DNA from: Macrostomum hystrix
Lineage: Eukaryota > Animalia > Platyhelminthes
Length of the DNA stretch: 64,000 nt
Direction of reading: 5' to 3'
NCBI GenBank assembly: GCA_950097015.1
Contig: CATNEN010000038.1
Span: 20,584,001 to 20,648,000, forward strand
The notes beneath the pieces are model-generated. The model was given only the letters and a program-made list of their open reading frames with translations, searched no databases and was not told the origin of the DNA. A program made the position numbers and the translations under genes. This document shows, in pieces, positions 10,735 to 23,300 of the stretch. Position 1 is the first letter of the stretch, and the number at the start of each line of letters is the position of its first letter.

Positions 10735-12634
10735 TTGATGCAGTTGACGACGCTTGTGGGTAACTTGTTTATGGGTAATAGATTGACTAGTTGAATAGGC
10801 TTTAGAAGTTTTATTATAATCTCTGAAAATATAACATCAGATTTAAAGAAAAGATTATAATATATACTATAATATGTAATATTTTTACACATGTGTAATG
10901 TTTTACATATATTTTACATATATGTTTTTACATACGAAATACTCGTATGTAATATGTAATACGAACCGAAAGTTAGCACAGAGCGAGATTGACATGGAAA
11001 ATGTGAGAGAGAGATAATATTTGAGAGAGGGTAGAGATAAGACAGCGGACAGATAAAGCAAGGGACAGATGAGATATGGTAGAGATAAACCGGTTGACAT
11101 GAGACAGGGGACAGATAAGATATGGTAGAGATAAACCGGTTGACATGAGACAGGGGACAGATGAGATATGGTAGAGATAAACCGGTTGACATGAGACAGG
11201 GGACTGATGAGATATGGTAGAGATAAACCGGTTGACATGAGACAGGGGACAGATGAGATATGGTAGAGATAAACCGGTTGACATGAGACAGGGGACAGAT
11301 AAGATATGGTAGAGATAAACCGGTTGACATGAGACAGGGGACAGATAAGATATGGTAGAGATAAACCGGTTGACATGAGACAGGGGACAGATAAGATATG
11401 GTAGAGATAAACCGGTTGACATGAGACAGGGGACAGATAAGATATGGTAGAGATAAACCGGTTGACATGAGACAGGGGACAGATGAGATATGGTAGAGAT
11501 AAACCGGTTGACATGAGACAGGGGACAGATGAGATATGGTAGAGATAAGACGGTTGACATGAGACAGGGGACAGATGAGATATGGTAGAGATAAGACAGC
11601 GGACAGATAAAACAAGGGACAGATGAGATATGGTAGAGATAAGACAGCGGACAGATAAAACAAGGGACAGATGAGATATGGTAGAGATAAGACGGGAGAG
11701 ATGAGACAGGGGAGAATTGAGAGAGGATGAGATGAGAAATGTGAGAGATGAGACAGGGTAGAGATGAGACAGTTTAGAATTAAGTAGACAGGAAAAGAAA
11801 TGGAACGGTTAGGAGATGAGATAGAAGATAGAATACAGGAGAGATTACTAGATGTCAGTTTTGGAGCTGTCTATCACGATCAACACTACAGTATAAAAAA
11901 CGTAAGTTAAAACAAACAGATTAGATTATTGAAATAATATTATTTTAATGCATTTTATCTTAGTGAATTGTCACTTACTAAACCCTAGTTATGGACAAAA
12001 GCTGATAATCTTAAACTGAGAGTTGTTTGATTGACAAATTATTCTCTTTAATTGATAAAAATCATTATTGAAGGAATCAAAGTAAATATTTTTAGCAAAT
12101 CAGCGGAAAATTCAGAACAGAATAGTGCACAGATAATTTAATAATCAAGTTCTACAATAGTTCCTGAGTACATTAAATTATATAATTTCTACAGCAAGCA
12201 TAAACCGATTCAAATCTAGATATGTGAGAAAAAAAGATTTTTTAGCTTTTTAGTGCTTAGAAATCTAGATAATGTTGGATTCTATTTTCAGCTATCTTCG
12301 CTCTTTCTAAAAATATATTTTATTAAATGTCAACATAATGAAAATGGGATGCCAAAAATGTGTGCCGACACAAGTACAGCCATTTTTAAGCAAAATAATA
12401 TTTAAATTCATATTGCGTTGATAAACAATTAAGCAAAACGCAATCAAAATACAAAAGGCAAAATTTGTGTAGCATGCAAGTTTTGAACAGAAGAACTATT
12501 TTAGTAATTAATAAGTTATGTTTTCTATACAAATGAATATTTTATGATATTTTCCAATGAGGGTCAACTACAATGCAGACATGGCCTAGACAAAAAGTAA
12601 TTTAAAAAATTATAATCTGCTTAACAAAGCATCT

Positions 12635-13035
12635 GGGAGAAAGATTAATCGGAGGATCTGAGGATCTGGGCGAAATGATAGATTAATCTGAGGATCTGGG
12701 AGAATAATAGATTAATCTGAGGATCTGGGAGAATATTAGTTTAATCTGAGGATCTGGGAGAATATTAGTTTAATCTGAGGATCTGGGAGAATAATAGTTT
12801 AATTTTAGGATCTGGGAGAATATTAGTTTAATCTGAGGATCTGGGAGAATAATAGTTTAATTTTAGGATCTGGGAGAATATTAGTTTAATCTGAGGATCT
12901 GGGAGAATATTAGTTTAATCTGAGGATCTGGGAGAATATTAGTTTAATCTGAGGATCTGGGAGAATATTAGTTTAATCTGATGATCTGGGAGAATAATAG
13001 TTTAATTTGAGGATCTGGGAGAATGATATTTTAAT
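12635..13035. repeat. 29-bp minisatellite downstream of the NAA60 stop
   Basis: Unit ttaatctgaggatctgggagaatattagt. Confidence 0.95.
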
Positions 13036-13166
13036 TTTAAGTTGTGATAAGAAGGCAATGATATAATTTTACGATATTATTTTACTCGTAAATTTCATTC
13101 GAAGAAAAATGAAAGACGCTGTGTAAATAAACGCGTTAAGACACAGGCCAGGCCACCTGCTCGTTG

Positions 13167-14021
13167 TCACACGCTACTCGCTGCAGAACAATTAGTAGAC
13201 GGTGACTGCAAAGATGTCGACTGAGCCAGCTGGCGCTTCAACTGTGCAAGCATCAGCATCAGGCTGCAGGACTTCCTGCCGGCTAGCAGTCCAGCTCCGG
13301 TGTGATCGGCGACCGAGTCTCCGCTAATAATCGACGATCGAGATAATCGACGCCGGCATAGGCAGCAGAAGCAGCATCTGGCTACAGTTATCAACGGCCA
13401 GCACAGGCAGGCAGCGAATGCGCTAGCAGATCTGGCAGCCACCCGGAGACAAGACTCTGGCGGGCCGCCATCGTTCAGGTAGAGCGCGTAGGAGCAGGCG
13501 TCAGCTGGTCGGCCGTCGATGACGTAATAAAATGGCAAATGGCAGTGCAGTTGAAAGCCCTGGCCTTTATAGAACTCTATAGCGGCTCTATTAGTAGCTA
13601 GGACGTGCAGATAGACGCATTTCACCTGGCAGCCAAAGCTGGCGTGCAGGTGACTCAATAGGTTGCTTAGCAACAAACGGGCCAGTCCGTGTCTGCGATA
13701 CAGTTGGCTAACACCAATGCTGAGCAGGTAGCAGACTTTAGTCTCTGGCGGAAATTGGCAACCAAGAATGTCGTTATCCTCTTTGTTCACTATGGCAACG
13801 GGCTTCACTTCGGCTACCAGCATAGCAACCATTTCGTCGCCTAGCAACGCCGCCTGTGTGAAAAATCTTTGACTGCTAACAATATCAGCAAACCAAGAGT
13901 CTGGATAATCAATCGGAAATAAATGCTTGGCCAAGCATTTCACATTGTCAATATCTGGTGGATAGAGGCGACGCAGAGAGATGGACTGGTCTAGCCGGTC
14001 CACCAAAGTGCTAGTCTCCAT
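13167..14021 (-). CDS. NAA60: N-alpha-acetyltransferase 60 (NatF), about 284 aa, single coding exon
   Basis: GNAT fold with NAA60 motifs FPIDYPDSWF, EDNDIL, YLLSIGV..YRRHGLA, YLHVLATN..AIEFY, LPFYY.I, LYLNDG. An acceptor (ttatttcag) precedes 14059, so the likely ATG is 14021. A candidate 5'UTR exon ends at a donor at 16510. Confidence 0.92.
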   Translation of the reverse strand: METSTLVDRLDQSISLRRLYPPDIDNVKCLAKHLFPIDYPDSWFADIVSSQRFFTQAALLGDEMVAMLVAEVKPVAIVNKEDNDILGCQFPPETKVCYLLSIGVSQLYRRHGLARLLLSNLLSHLHASFGCQVKCVYLHVLATNRAAIEFYKGQGFQLHCHLPFYYVIDGRPADACSYALYLNDGGPPESCLRVAARSASAFAACLCWPLITVARCCFCCLCRRRLSRSSIISGDSVADHTGAGLLAGRKSCSLMLMLAQLKRQLAQSTSLQSPSTNCSAASSV

Positions 14022-14243
14022 GTCTTTGCCAGCTAATGGACAGCAACAGCATAGCCAGTCTGAAATAAACAATGAAATAGAAAATATATATGCCATTGCT
14101 TAACAGTGCAACAAGTTCTTTACTATAGATAATAGTAGCCAACAGATAATAAATCATTCTAATGTTCATGTCATTTTATCTTGAAAACACCATTTAAAAT
14201 TACATGGCACTAATTAGCCCAACAACACATTTCATGAAACAGT

Positions 14244-14620
14244 TGAGGGAGAGTGACAGAGTGGTTAATATGTACGCCTCTAGCTGGTTACCGTGCTTGC
14301 CTCTTGCACTAAGGTTCCTGACCTTAGTTCCTTGGTGAGGCCACATTTATTTAGGGTACAGCTACAGAGAAAAGGCTTGGGACTTGTTGTGCAATTTTCA
14401 CCTTTGAGGGCCAATCTCAAAGGCACAGTGAGAGTGTACACTACCTGACAATAAAAAAGCCAGAGCAGATGTAAACAACTGTGTGAGCATAAGCTTGTGA
14501 ACAGTGTTTGTATGTGTGTGCCAATGAGTAAAAAATGCTGAATTGCCTCTTTGCTGGCTGTAGGTATAGTGTGTTTAAAAGATTTGCCATGTCAACAGCA
14601 ATCCTACAATTATTATTACT
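14244..14620 (+). mobile_element. tRNA-derived SINE family A, degenerate copy
   Basis: Matches the copies at 57492-57815, 42200-42545, 34395-34605 and 25930-26190 (gaggccacat; cctgacaa..aaag.cag.gcagatgta; aattgcctc..gctggctg; ATT-rich tail). Confidence 0.75.
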
Positions 14621-14772
14621 ACTGTTATTCAGACCGCTGACTTCTAAAATCTAAATATCATATATTTTGCTTAAAAAAGGTTACAAACTATAGTAAATCT
14701 GATTCTTTTAACATCATTTTTTCACTTAGCTAACTTTTTGGTTATTAAGCAGAAACTAAGGTCTAATAAACT

Positions 14773-15052
14773 CATACATGCGCAACCTCCCAAATCCTAG
14801 CCGGCCTTGTGACTTCGTTTTTGCTCTCATTTGCGACTTAGTTTGTTTCATTGCTCTATTTACGACTTAGTTTGCTCTCATTTGCTCTCTTTTTCTCTCC
14901 CCTTTTTCCTTTTCTTCACACCTTCCTTTTTTGTCCCTTGGTCCCCCTTTGATTTTTTTACACTTGGTTGATTGGTTTTTGCGACTTACCTTGCTTGGCC
15001 CTCATTTCACCCAGCCGATTCAGCTGGGTCGGCCGGGTGTTGCGCATGTATG
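14773..15052. mobile_element. hAT-type MITE, 280 bp
   Basis: Perfect 14-bp TIRs catacatgcgcaac / gttgcgcatgtatg, flanked by the 8-bp TSD aataaact (14765-14772 and 15053-15060). Confidence 0.9.
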
Positions 15053-15191
15053 AATAAACTAACTCATAATAATCAACCCTATTTCAAACAAATTTTCCTA
15101 AAACAATAGACCTACTAATGATCCTTAAATGATACTAAATATACAAAAATATTGTTTTACAATTGTTGAACTATCCCTTATAAAAGAATTT

Positions 15192-15528
15192 TTAGCCAAA
15201 AGAGCCAAAAGCTCACAAAATTGTCAGGCTAACTGGCAGTTACACTCACATTCCTGAGCTTTTGCTTTCCTGACTTCATTTATTTATTTAGGCCTATTTA
15301 ATTAATTTATATGTATTCATTCATTCATTCCCCAACAACATTTCATAGCCAGTGCAGGAATATCACAGCTAGGCTTGTATTAGTGTTTGCTTGCCATAAA
15401 TTAATTATAGGCGTATGAATGCACACATGCTTTCAATATTTGCCTAGAATTTTATTTACAATCAGAGCTCAGGAGTGTGCTTTCCTGCCAGTTAGCCTGA
15501 CAATTTTGCGAGCATTTGGCTTGGCTAG
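15192..15528. mobile_element. MITE/foldback element with about 70-bp imperfect terminal inverted repeats
   Basis: gccaaaagctcacaaaattgtcaggctaactggcag...cctgagct is mirrored by agctcagg...ctgccagttagcctgacaattttgcgagcatttggc. Confidence 0.75.
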
Positions 15529-17322
15529 CCAGTTGCTGTGGGGTGCACTGTTGGTAAAGGTAATGACTTCATTGACTTGTTACTATTTCTATCATTTTCA
15601 TGACCATCTATTGTAATGCGAAAAAATAACAATCTTTATATACAATATTTGTTAACTAGAATGTACCAAGTAACATGCTCAATGCTGCATGTTGATAGAA
15701 AAATCACAATGTGAAGGTAATTTCTATATTGTGAAAAAAAGATTAGACTTGTATAGCCGAGTGAATTAAACATAAAGTTTTTATACTTTTGACAATTCTT
15801 ATAATTTTGTATTCATACGGACCTCTCTATGCTTACTAAAATACTAAGTCTGTCTACACACTAACCTTACACAACTTGTCTTAGGTTATGTCCCGCGCGA
15901 GACCCTAGTAGGCCCTAGCAATGGAAAGCGACATTTTTCTAAACAGTCAGAATTCTTTAAAAGTTTCAAGTCAGTGTGGCACAGCAAAGCATGGCGAAGT
16001 GTTACAGTGCCAACAGGGTGCACTAATGGGGCTTAAATACAACAGGGCATAGGCCTATTGAGTATTGTATATTATATTTGTTTAATAAACAATAGGTATC
16101 GCTGTTTAAACATTAGGCACCTCGATTTTTTGCGTTAAAACAAATGTTATATAATTATAAATAAATACATTAACAAAAAGTGTGTCTTAGTACCTGCACT
16201 GCATATACTATTTAATTAAGAAAGTGCATAATGCGTGAGATATTTTATCAGTCGTGATCTGATTTGAGTACTCTGACTTAAATTTGACTTGAAAGACTTG
16301 AAATAGTGTACAGCTGAACAAACCATGCTCAAAGTCATTGTCCTTGGTACGAACATAATGCGCACAACGATTAACTGTGAAATAGGAGCAAAATGACTTG
16401 CAGCAAAAATACAAACTTTAACATCAAAGCTCCAACATCCTGAACCAAAACATGTACCTATAACCCTAATTGACAAAATTTCTTTTTAGCCCTTCGCATT
16501 TTTATCATACCTACTTTTCTACCATCAGTTTTTTGCTTTCTATTTTTATTTCTGTGCGCCTTAGTGCACTTAATTGCACACGGATGCACAATATGTTGCC
16601 GAAGCAAGAATACCAATGTAGCGTATAACAAATACCAGCTACCTGTACATTACACAACCACGAGCCCGAACGAAGAATCACTCTGTTGACCACTCTCACT
16701 CTCAAAGCCGTACTCTCAAACCCAAAGTCGCGTAAAGTTTCTTTAAATACAATTCCAGCTTATAGAAAGTGTAGCGTATTAACAATAAGTAAAAATTGAA
16801 TCATTTATAATATGATTCACTTTAACTTCTTGAGTAATTTGCTGTGTGTGATAAAAATTATTCAGGAATGTATATTAACTTAACGATATCAAGCGCTTTA
16901 GTAGAAAATAAATTTTAGGATATCATAATAAAAAGTGATTGAATGGAAGACAAGGATGTTTTGTCTAAAAAAGTAAAAAATTACTCAGTGAGAATGAATT
17001 TTTATAAAAGCATAAAATTGAGCACGAAACACTACAAAATCTCGTTCACAAAAACAAAACTGTATCGTTACACTTAACAGAATGTTAACTTAAATGTTAA
17101 CTAAGGATTCATAGAGAAAAGGAAGCTGAATGATAAGCTTGGATGGATTTTATTAAAAAAACCCACAGGCACTAAAATAGCACAGATTAAACAACTATAA
17201 ACTAGCACATAAGCAATGACAAAAAGTCTTAACGATAAAGGTCAATAATTAGGGAGATTTAAAAAAACAATAAACTTTAATAATTTGAAAGTATCAAATT
17301 ATGTGCCAGTGTTCCATGGTTA

Positions 17323-20300
17323 TTAGCCTAGCCGTTCAAATAAGCCTCGCTTTGTCAAGCCCTCAGTCAGGGCTTCGTAGAATTCCACCTGCTCATCTCG
17401 GCGCAACGAATACACCTGCCTGAGTAGATGCTGCGGACTTGAGCCCCTGAAATGGATGAGAGAGGGTTTCTGATTAAACCTGAGGATCAGGGAGGGTTTC
17501 TGATTAAACCTGAGGATCAGGGAGGGTTTCTGATTAAACCTGAGGATCAGAGAGGGTTTCTGACTAAACCTGAGGATCAGGGAGTGTTTCTGATTAAACC
17601 TGAGGATCAGGGATGGTTTCTGATCAAACCTGAGGATCAGGGACGATTTCAAATTTAACGTGAAATCCAAAAGGGCTTCTGCTCAAACTTCTGCTAAAAT
17701 TTTATCATATCTGAGAATTAGCTTAACCGAGAATATTTTTAGCTAGAAATCGTCGTAAGGATTTTACACAGTTTCGGTTTGAACCAGAGGATCTAGGAAG
17801 ACAGATTGAAACTGGTGTATTTCAAACACAAATGATCGGCTCACATTATGAAAGTCTGGAAGTAGACATAGACAAAGATGCCCATAATGATTTGGCAGTC
17901 GAATCTGTCCATCACGCCACCGTGTCCAGGAATAGCGTTGCTGAAGTCTTTGATCTTGAAAGCCCGTTTAAAACCCGAAGCAAAAAAACCGCCAAAAGGA
18001 GCAACAATAGAGGCAAATGTGGCCATGCAAATGCTGTGCCAATGGAACTGGTACCAGGGCAAAGACGACAGCAGGCCCTGCGAACAGAGAAACACAGAAT
18101 TGTATGCGGATGACAACAGAAACTGCTGCGATCCAATAGCTGTACTCCTGCTGCGATTCTAGCTGTACTCCTATGGCGATTCTAGCTGTACTCCTTGCTG
18201 CGATTCTAGCTGTACTCCTATGGCGATTCTAGCTGTACTCCTTGCTGCGATTCTAGCTGTACTCCTATGGCGATTCTAGCTGTACTCCTTGCTGCGATTT
18301 TAGCTGTACTCCTGCTGCGATTTTAGCTGTACTCCTGCTGCGATTCTAGCTATACACCTGCTTCGATTCTAGCTATAATTCTGCTGCGATTCTAGCTATA
18401 CACCTGCTGCGATTCTAACTGTACTCCTGCTGCGATTCTAGCTATACACCTGCTGCGATTCTAGCTATAATTCTGCTGCGATACTAGCTATACACCTGCT
18501 GCGATTCTAGCTATAATTCTGCTGCGATCCTAGCTATACACCTGCTGCGATTCTAGCTATGATCACAAAATGTAAATTTTTACCGTTTTTTTGTGAAAAG
18601 TTTGTAAAAAAATAGCAAAAAGAGCTCCGATTTTAGAATCTTAAATTACAAAAAAAGTTTTATGTTTTTGCTTAACAATGGCTTTAGTAGTGATGTTATG
18701 CAAGTTAGCAAAGCTATAACAAATCTAAGTACACCGAGTTAGGGTATTTATAGTTAGAAAATAGCTTTTAGTCTATATGAAACAAAAAGGCTTTTCGATT
18801 TGACAAACAAAAATAGATACCTCAATACCAAGCCAGGAACCCAAGTCGTCAACCTGAAAGTACGCATAGAGATTCACCTTAAATGTTTTTAAAAGTAAAC
18901 TGTCAGGGAAGGAATCCCCCCCGACAATTTTTTGTGTTGCACATCACCCCCAAACTCAAGAACACGGGCCAAATTTTTGTTGCACATCTTCTGAAACAAG
19001 AATCAAGCCGCCAGCTCTTCAGAACGTCAAGATATTCAATGGTTCTGGACAAAGGTCGGATTTTCCCCATAGGAGCTAGTGCATTACATGCACCCCTATA
19101 CACGAATTAGCACTGCGCGTCAGTGCGCCCTTGCCAGGCCTTCAAAATGTATCAGCATGTCACCCGAGTGTGCCTGCATCATCTCCGTCTTCGGTGGTCA
19201 CCTACCTTTATCTAGACAGACCGCTGGACCTTCAAGGGCTGCAACGTGTGGAACTAAGCTACTATGGACACCCTGACGCGAATTTCTCAAATTTGATTGC
19301 TCAAGCCAAAATATTAGGCGCAGCTCAACCACAGTACGCCAATCAGTCACCACTCAACGCTGTTAGCATTCAGGCGGCAAAATGGCTAGGTAGTCCAACT
19401 GTTGAACACGTAATTCTTATTACTACTGCTTAAGACTAAATACTCACCAGATTATCAGCGAATGGCAGACTAAATTTAACCGGTTGAAACACCTGATGAC
19501 GCGAGCAATTACTACTCAGGGTGTTGCTAAACTCATCGTATTCAACTGGACAGACCATTGAGTCGAATTGCAGCAGAAAATGTCCGAGCAGTAGGCCAAA
19601 CACTATGGTTGAAAATCCGCCGCCTAGGAAGCCCTCCCAGGTCTTCTTCGGCGACAGTTTAATCAGGGGCGTCCGGCCAAAGAAGAAGCCGAATATGTAA
19701 GCTGCCATATCGTTGCAGATAATCATAGCGCATGGCAGAAGTACCCTGGTGGATTCGTGGAGTGAGTTGTCTATGGAACAGACTGCTTACAGATATGAGT
19801 TGTCTATGGAACAGACTGCTGACAGATTGAGTTGTCTATGGAACAGACTGCAGACAGATATGAGTTGTCTATGGAACTGACTGCAGACAGATATGAGTTG
19901 TATATGGGACAGAGTGTTGACATATGAGATGGGATATTAACAGACTACCGACATATATTAGTTGTCTATGGAACAGACTGCAGACAGATATGAGTTGTCT
20001 ATGGAACAGACTGCTGACAGATATGAGTTGTCTATGGAACAGACTGCAGACAGATATGAGTTGTCTATGGAACAGACTGCTGACAGATATGAGTTGTCTA
20101 TGGAACAGACTGCTGACAGATATGAGTTGTCTATGGAACAGACTGCAGACAGATATGAGTTGTCTATGGAACAGACTGCAGACAGATATGAGTTGTCTAT
20201 GGAACAGACTGCAGACAGATATGAGTTGTCTATGGAACAGACTGCAGACAGATATGAGTTGTCTATGGAACAGACTGCTGACAGATATGAGTTGTCTATG

Positions 20301-23300
20301 GAACAGACTGCTGACAGATATGAGTTGTCTATGGAACAGACTGCTGACAGATATGAGTTGTATATGGGACAGACTGCAGACAGATATGAGTTGTATATGG
20401 GACAGAGTGTTGACATATGAGATGGGATATTAACAGACTGCCGACATATATGAGTTGTCTATGGAACAGACTGCAGACAGATATGAGTTGTCTATGGAAC
20501 AGACTGCTGACAGATATGAGTTGTCTATGGAACAGACTGCTGACAGATATGAGTTGTCTATGGAACAGACTTCTGACAGATATGAGTTGTATATGGGACA
20601 GACTGCAGACAGATATGAGTTGTATATGGGACAGAGTGTTGACATATGAGATGGGATATTAACAGACTGCCGACATATATGAGTTGTCTATGGAACAGAC
20701 TGCAGACAGATATGAGTTGTCTATGAAACAGACTGCTGACAGATATGAGTTGTCTATGGAACAGACTGCTGACAGATATGAGTTGTATATGGGACAGACT
20801 GCAGACAGATATGAGTTGTATATGGGACAGAGTGTTGACATATGAGATGGGATATTGTCAGACTGCCGACATATATGAGTTGTCTATGGAACAGACTGCA
20901 GACAGATATGAGTTGTCTATGGAACAGACTGCTGACAGATATGAGTTGTCTATGGAACAGACTGCTGACAGATATGAGTTGTCTATGGAACAGACTGCAG
21001 ACAGATATGAGTTGTATATGGGACAGAGTGTTGACATATGAGATGGGATATTAACAGACTGCCGACATATATGAGTTGTCTATGGAACAGACTGCAGACA
21101 GATATGAGTTGTCTATGAAACAGACTGCAGACAGATATGAGTTTTCTATGGAACAGACTGCAGACAGATATGAGTTGTATATGGGACAGAGTGTTGACAT
21201 ATGAGATGGGATATTAACAGACTACCGACATATATTAGTTGTCTATGGAACAGACTGCAGACAGATATGAGTTGTCTATTGAACAGACTGCTCACATATA
21301 TGAGCTGTCTATGGAACAGACTGCTGGCAGACATGAGTTGTCTATGAGATTGGATACAAACAAACTGCTGACAGACTCATAAGCAAGACTCACCAGATTA
21401 CCCCATCAAAGACGTTGCGTATCATTAGATGCGAAGATGTTATCAAAAACAACAGCGCCATGTGGGTCCAGCCAAACTTTATTAAAAAATGGACGGTTTT
21501 GTTATAATTAGACAAATTAACAATCAAGTTTTATAAATTAAATATAACAAATCAATAAATCATAATTAAGCAATTTAAACACATCTCACCAATATGAACT
21601 GATGCAGGTAGTGCTTTTTAACTAGGCTGACAACAAACCCAACGATTCCACCGCAGTAGAGCGAGAATGATATCAGGCGGTGATAGGTTAGAAGCGGCTG
21701 CATAAATTGCTGCAAGATAATCGATAGATTATGGTAGATAAAGGAGTAGAATGGATTGCTAATCTATCCCTGTAGATAAAGGAGTAGAATGGATTTCTAA
21801 TCTATCCCAGTAGATAAAGGAGTAGAATGGATTTCTAATCTATCCCGGTAGATAAAGGAGTAGAATGGATTTCTAATCTATCCCAGTAGATAAAGGAGTA
21901 GAATGGATTTCTAATCTATCCCTGTAGATAAAGGAGTAGAATGGATATCTAATCTATCCCAGTAGATAAAGGAGTAGAATGGATTTCTAATCTATCCTCA
22001 GTAGATAAAGGAGTAGAATGGATTGCTAATCTATCCCAGTAGATAAAGGAGTAGAATGGATTTCTAATCTATCCCAGTAGATAAAGGAGTAGAATGGATT
22101 GCTAATCTATCCCAGTAGATAAAGGAGTAGAATGGATTTCTAATCTATCCCAGTAGATAAAGGAGTAGAATGGATTTCTAATCTATCCCTGTAGATAAAG
22201 GAGTAGAATGGATATCTAATCTATCCCTGTAGATAAAGGAGTAGAATGGATATCTAATCTATCCCTGTAGATAAAGGAGTAGAATGGATATCTAATCTAT
22301 CCCAGTAGATAAAGGAGTAGAATGGATATCTAATCTATCCCAGTAGATAAAGGAGTAGAATAAGTTGCTAATCTATCCCAGTAGATAAAGGAGTAGAATA
22401 AGTTGCTAATCTATCCCAGTAGATAAAGGAGTAGAATAAGTTGCTAATCTATCCCAGTAGATAAAGGAGTAGAATAAGTTGCTAATCTATCCCAGTAGAT
22501 AAAGGAGTAGAATAAGTTGCTAATCTATCCCAGTAGATAAAGGAGTAGAATAAGTTGCTAATCTATCCCAGTAGATAAAGGAGTAGAATAAGTTGCTAAT
22601 CTAGCCAATCAAAGGCCATACTCACCTCTCTCTGGAGCAGAATTCTGAACTGATCGATCATGCTCTCTCCAAAGAAAAAATAGTTAGAAGCGAACAGAAA
22701 GTACCAGCTGAGTGTGCGAAACCAGGGCAGGTCATGGCTTCTATAGACAATGTGGCCAATGCAGATGATCTCGCGGAAGCACAACATTTGTAGGACCAAG
22801 ATCTGCAAGTGAATGTTTTGTCTTTCGTGCATGCTTCGTGCATACATTATAAATACTTTGCACACAGCTTACCAAGCCGACAATGGCTAGAGGACCCGAG
22901 TAAATGATTAAGCAGAATGAGCCAATCATAATAAAGCTCATTATGGTGCGAATCACCCAGTTTTGCCAGCGAGGCGACAGTGGAGCCAGCACTCGCTGCA
23001 GCAGGTTGGGCGGAGATGCAGAAGGTCCACTGTCACTAGCTGCAGCGGTTGAAGACATTGAACTAGCTGGCGACTTTGCAGTCTTGTCAGACATTGCTGT
23101 CTTGTCAGACATTGCTGTCTTGTCAGACATTGCTGTCTTGTCAGACATTGCTGTCTTGTCAGACATTGCTGTCTTGTCAGACATTGCTGTCTTGTCAGGC
23201 ATTGCTGTCTTGTCAGACATTGCCGTCTTGTTAGAAATTGCTGACTTGTTGGACTGTAATTTATACAAAGACAAGATAATTATGTGAATATATGTATGTA

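Noticed and set aside
13167-17323. CDS-NAA60 operon
   Set aside because: The genes are co-oriented, but a candidate 5'UTR exon with a donor at 16510 suggests NAA60 has its own promoter. There is no direct evidence for polycistronic transcription.
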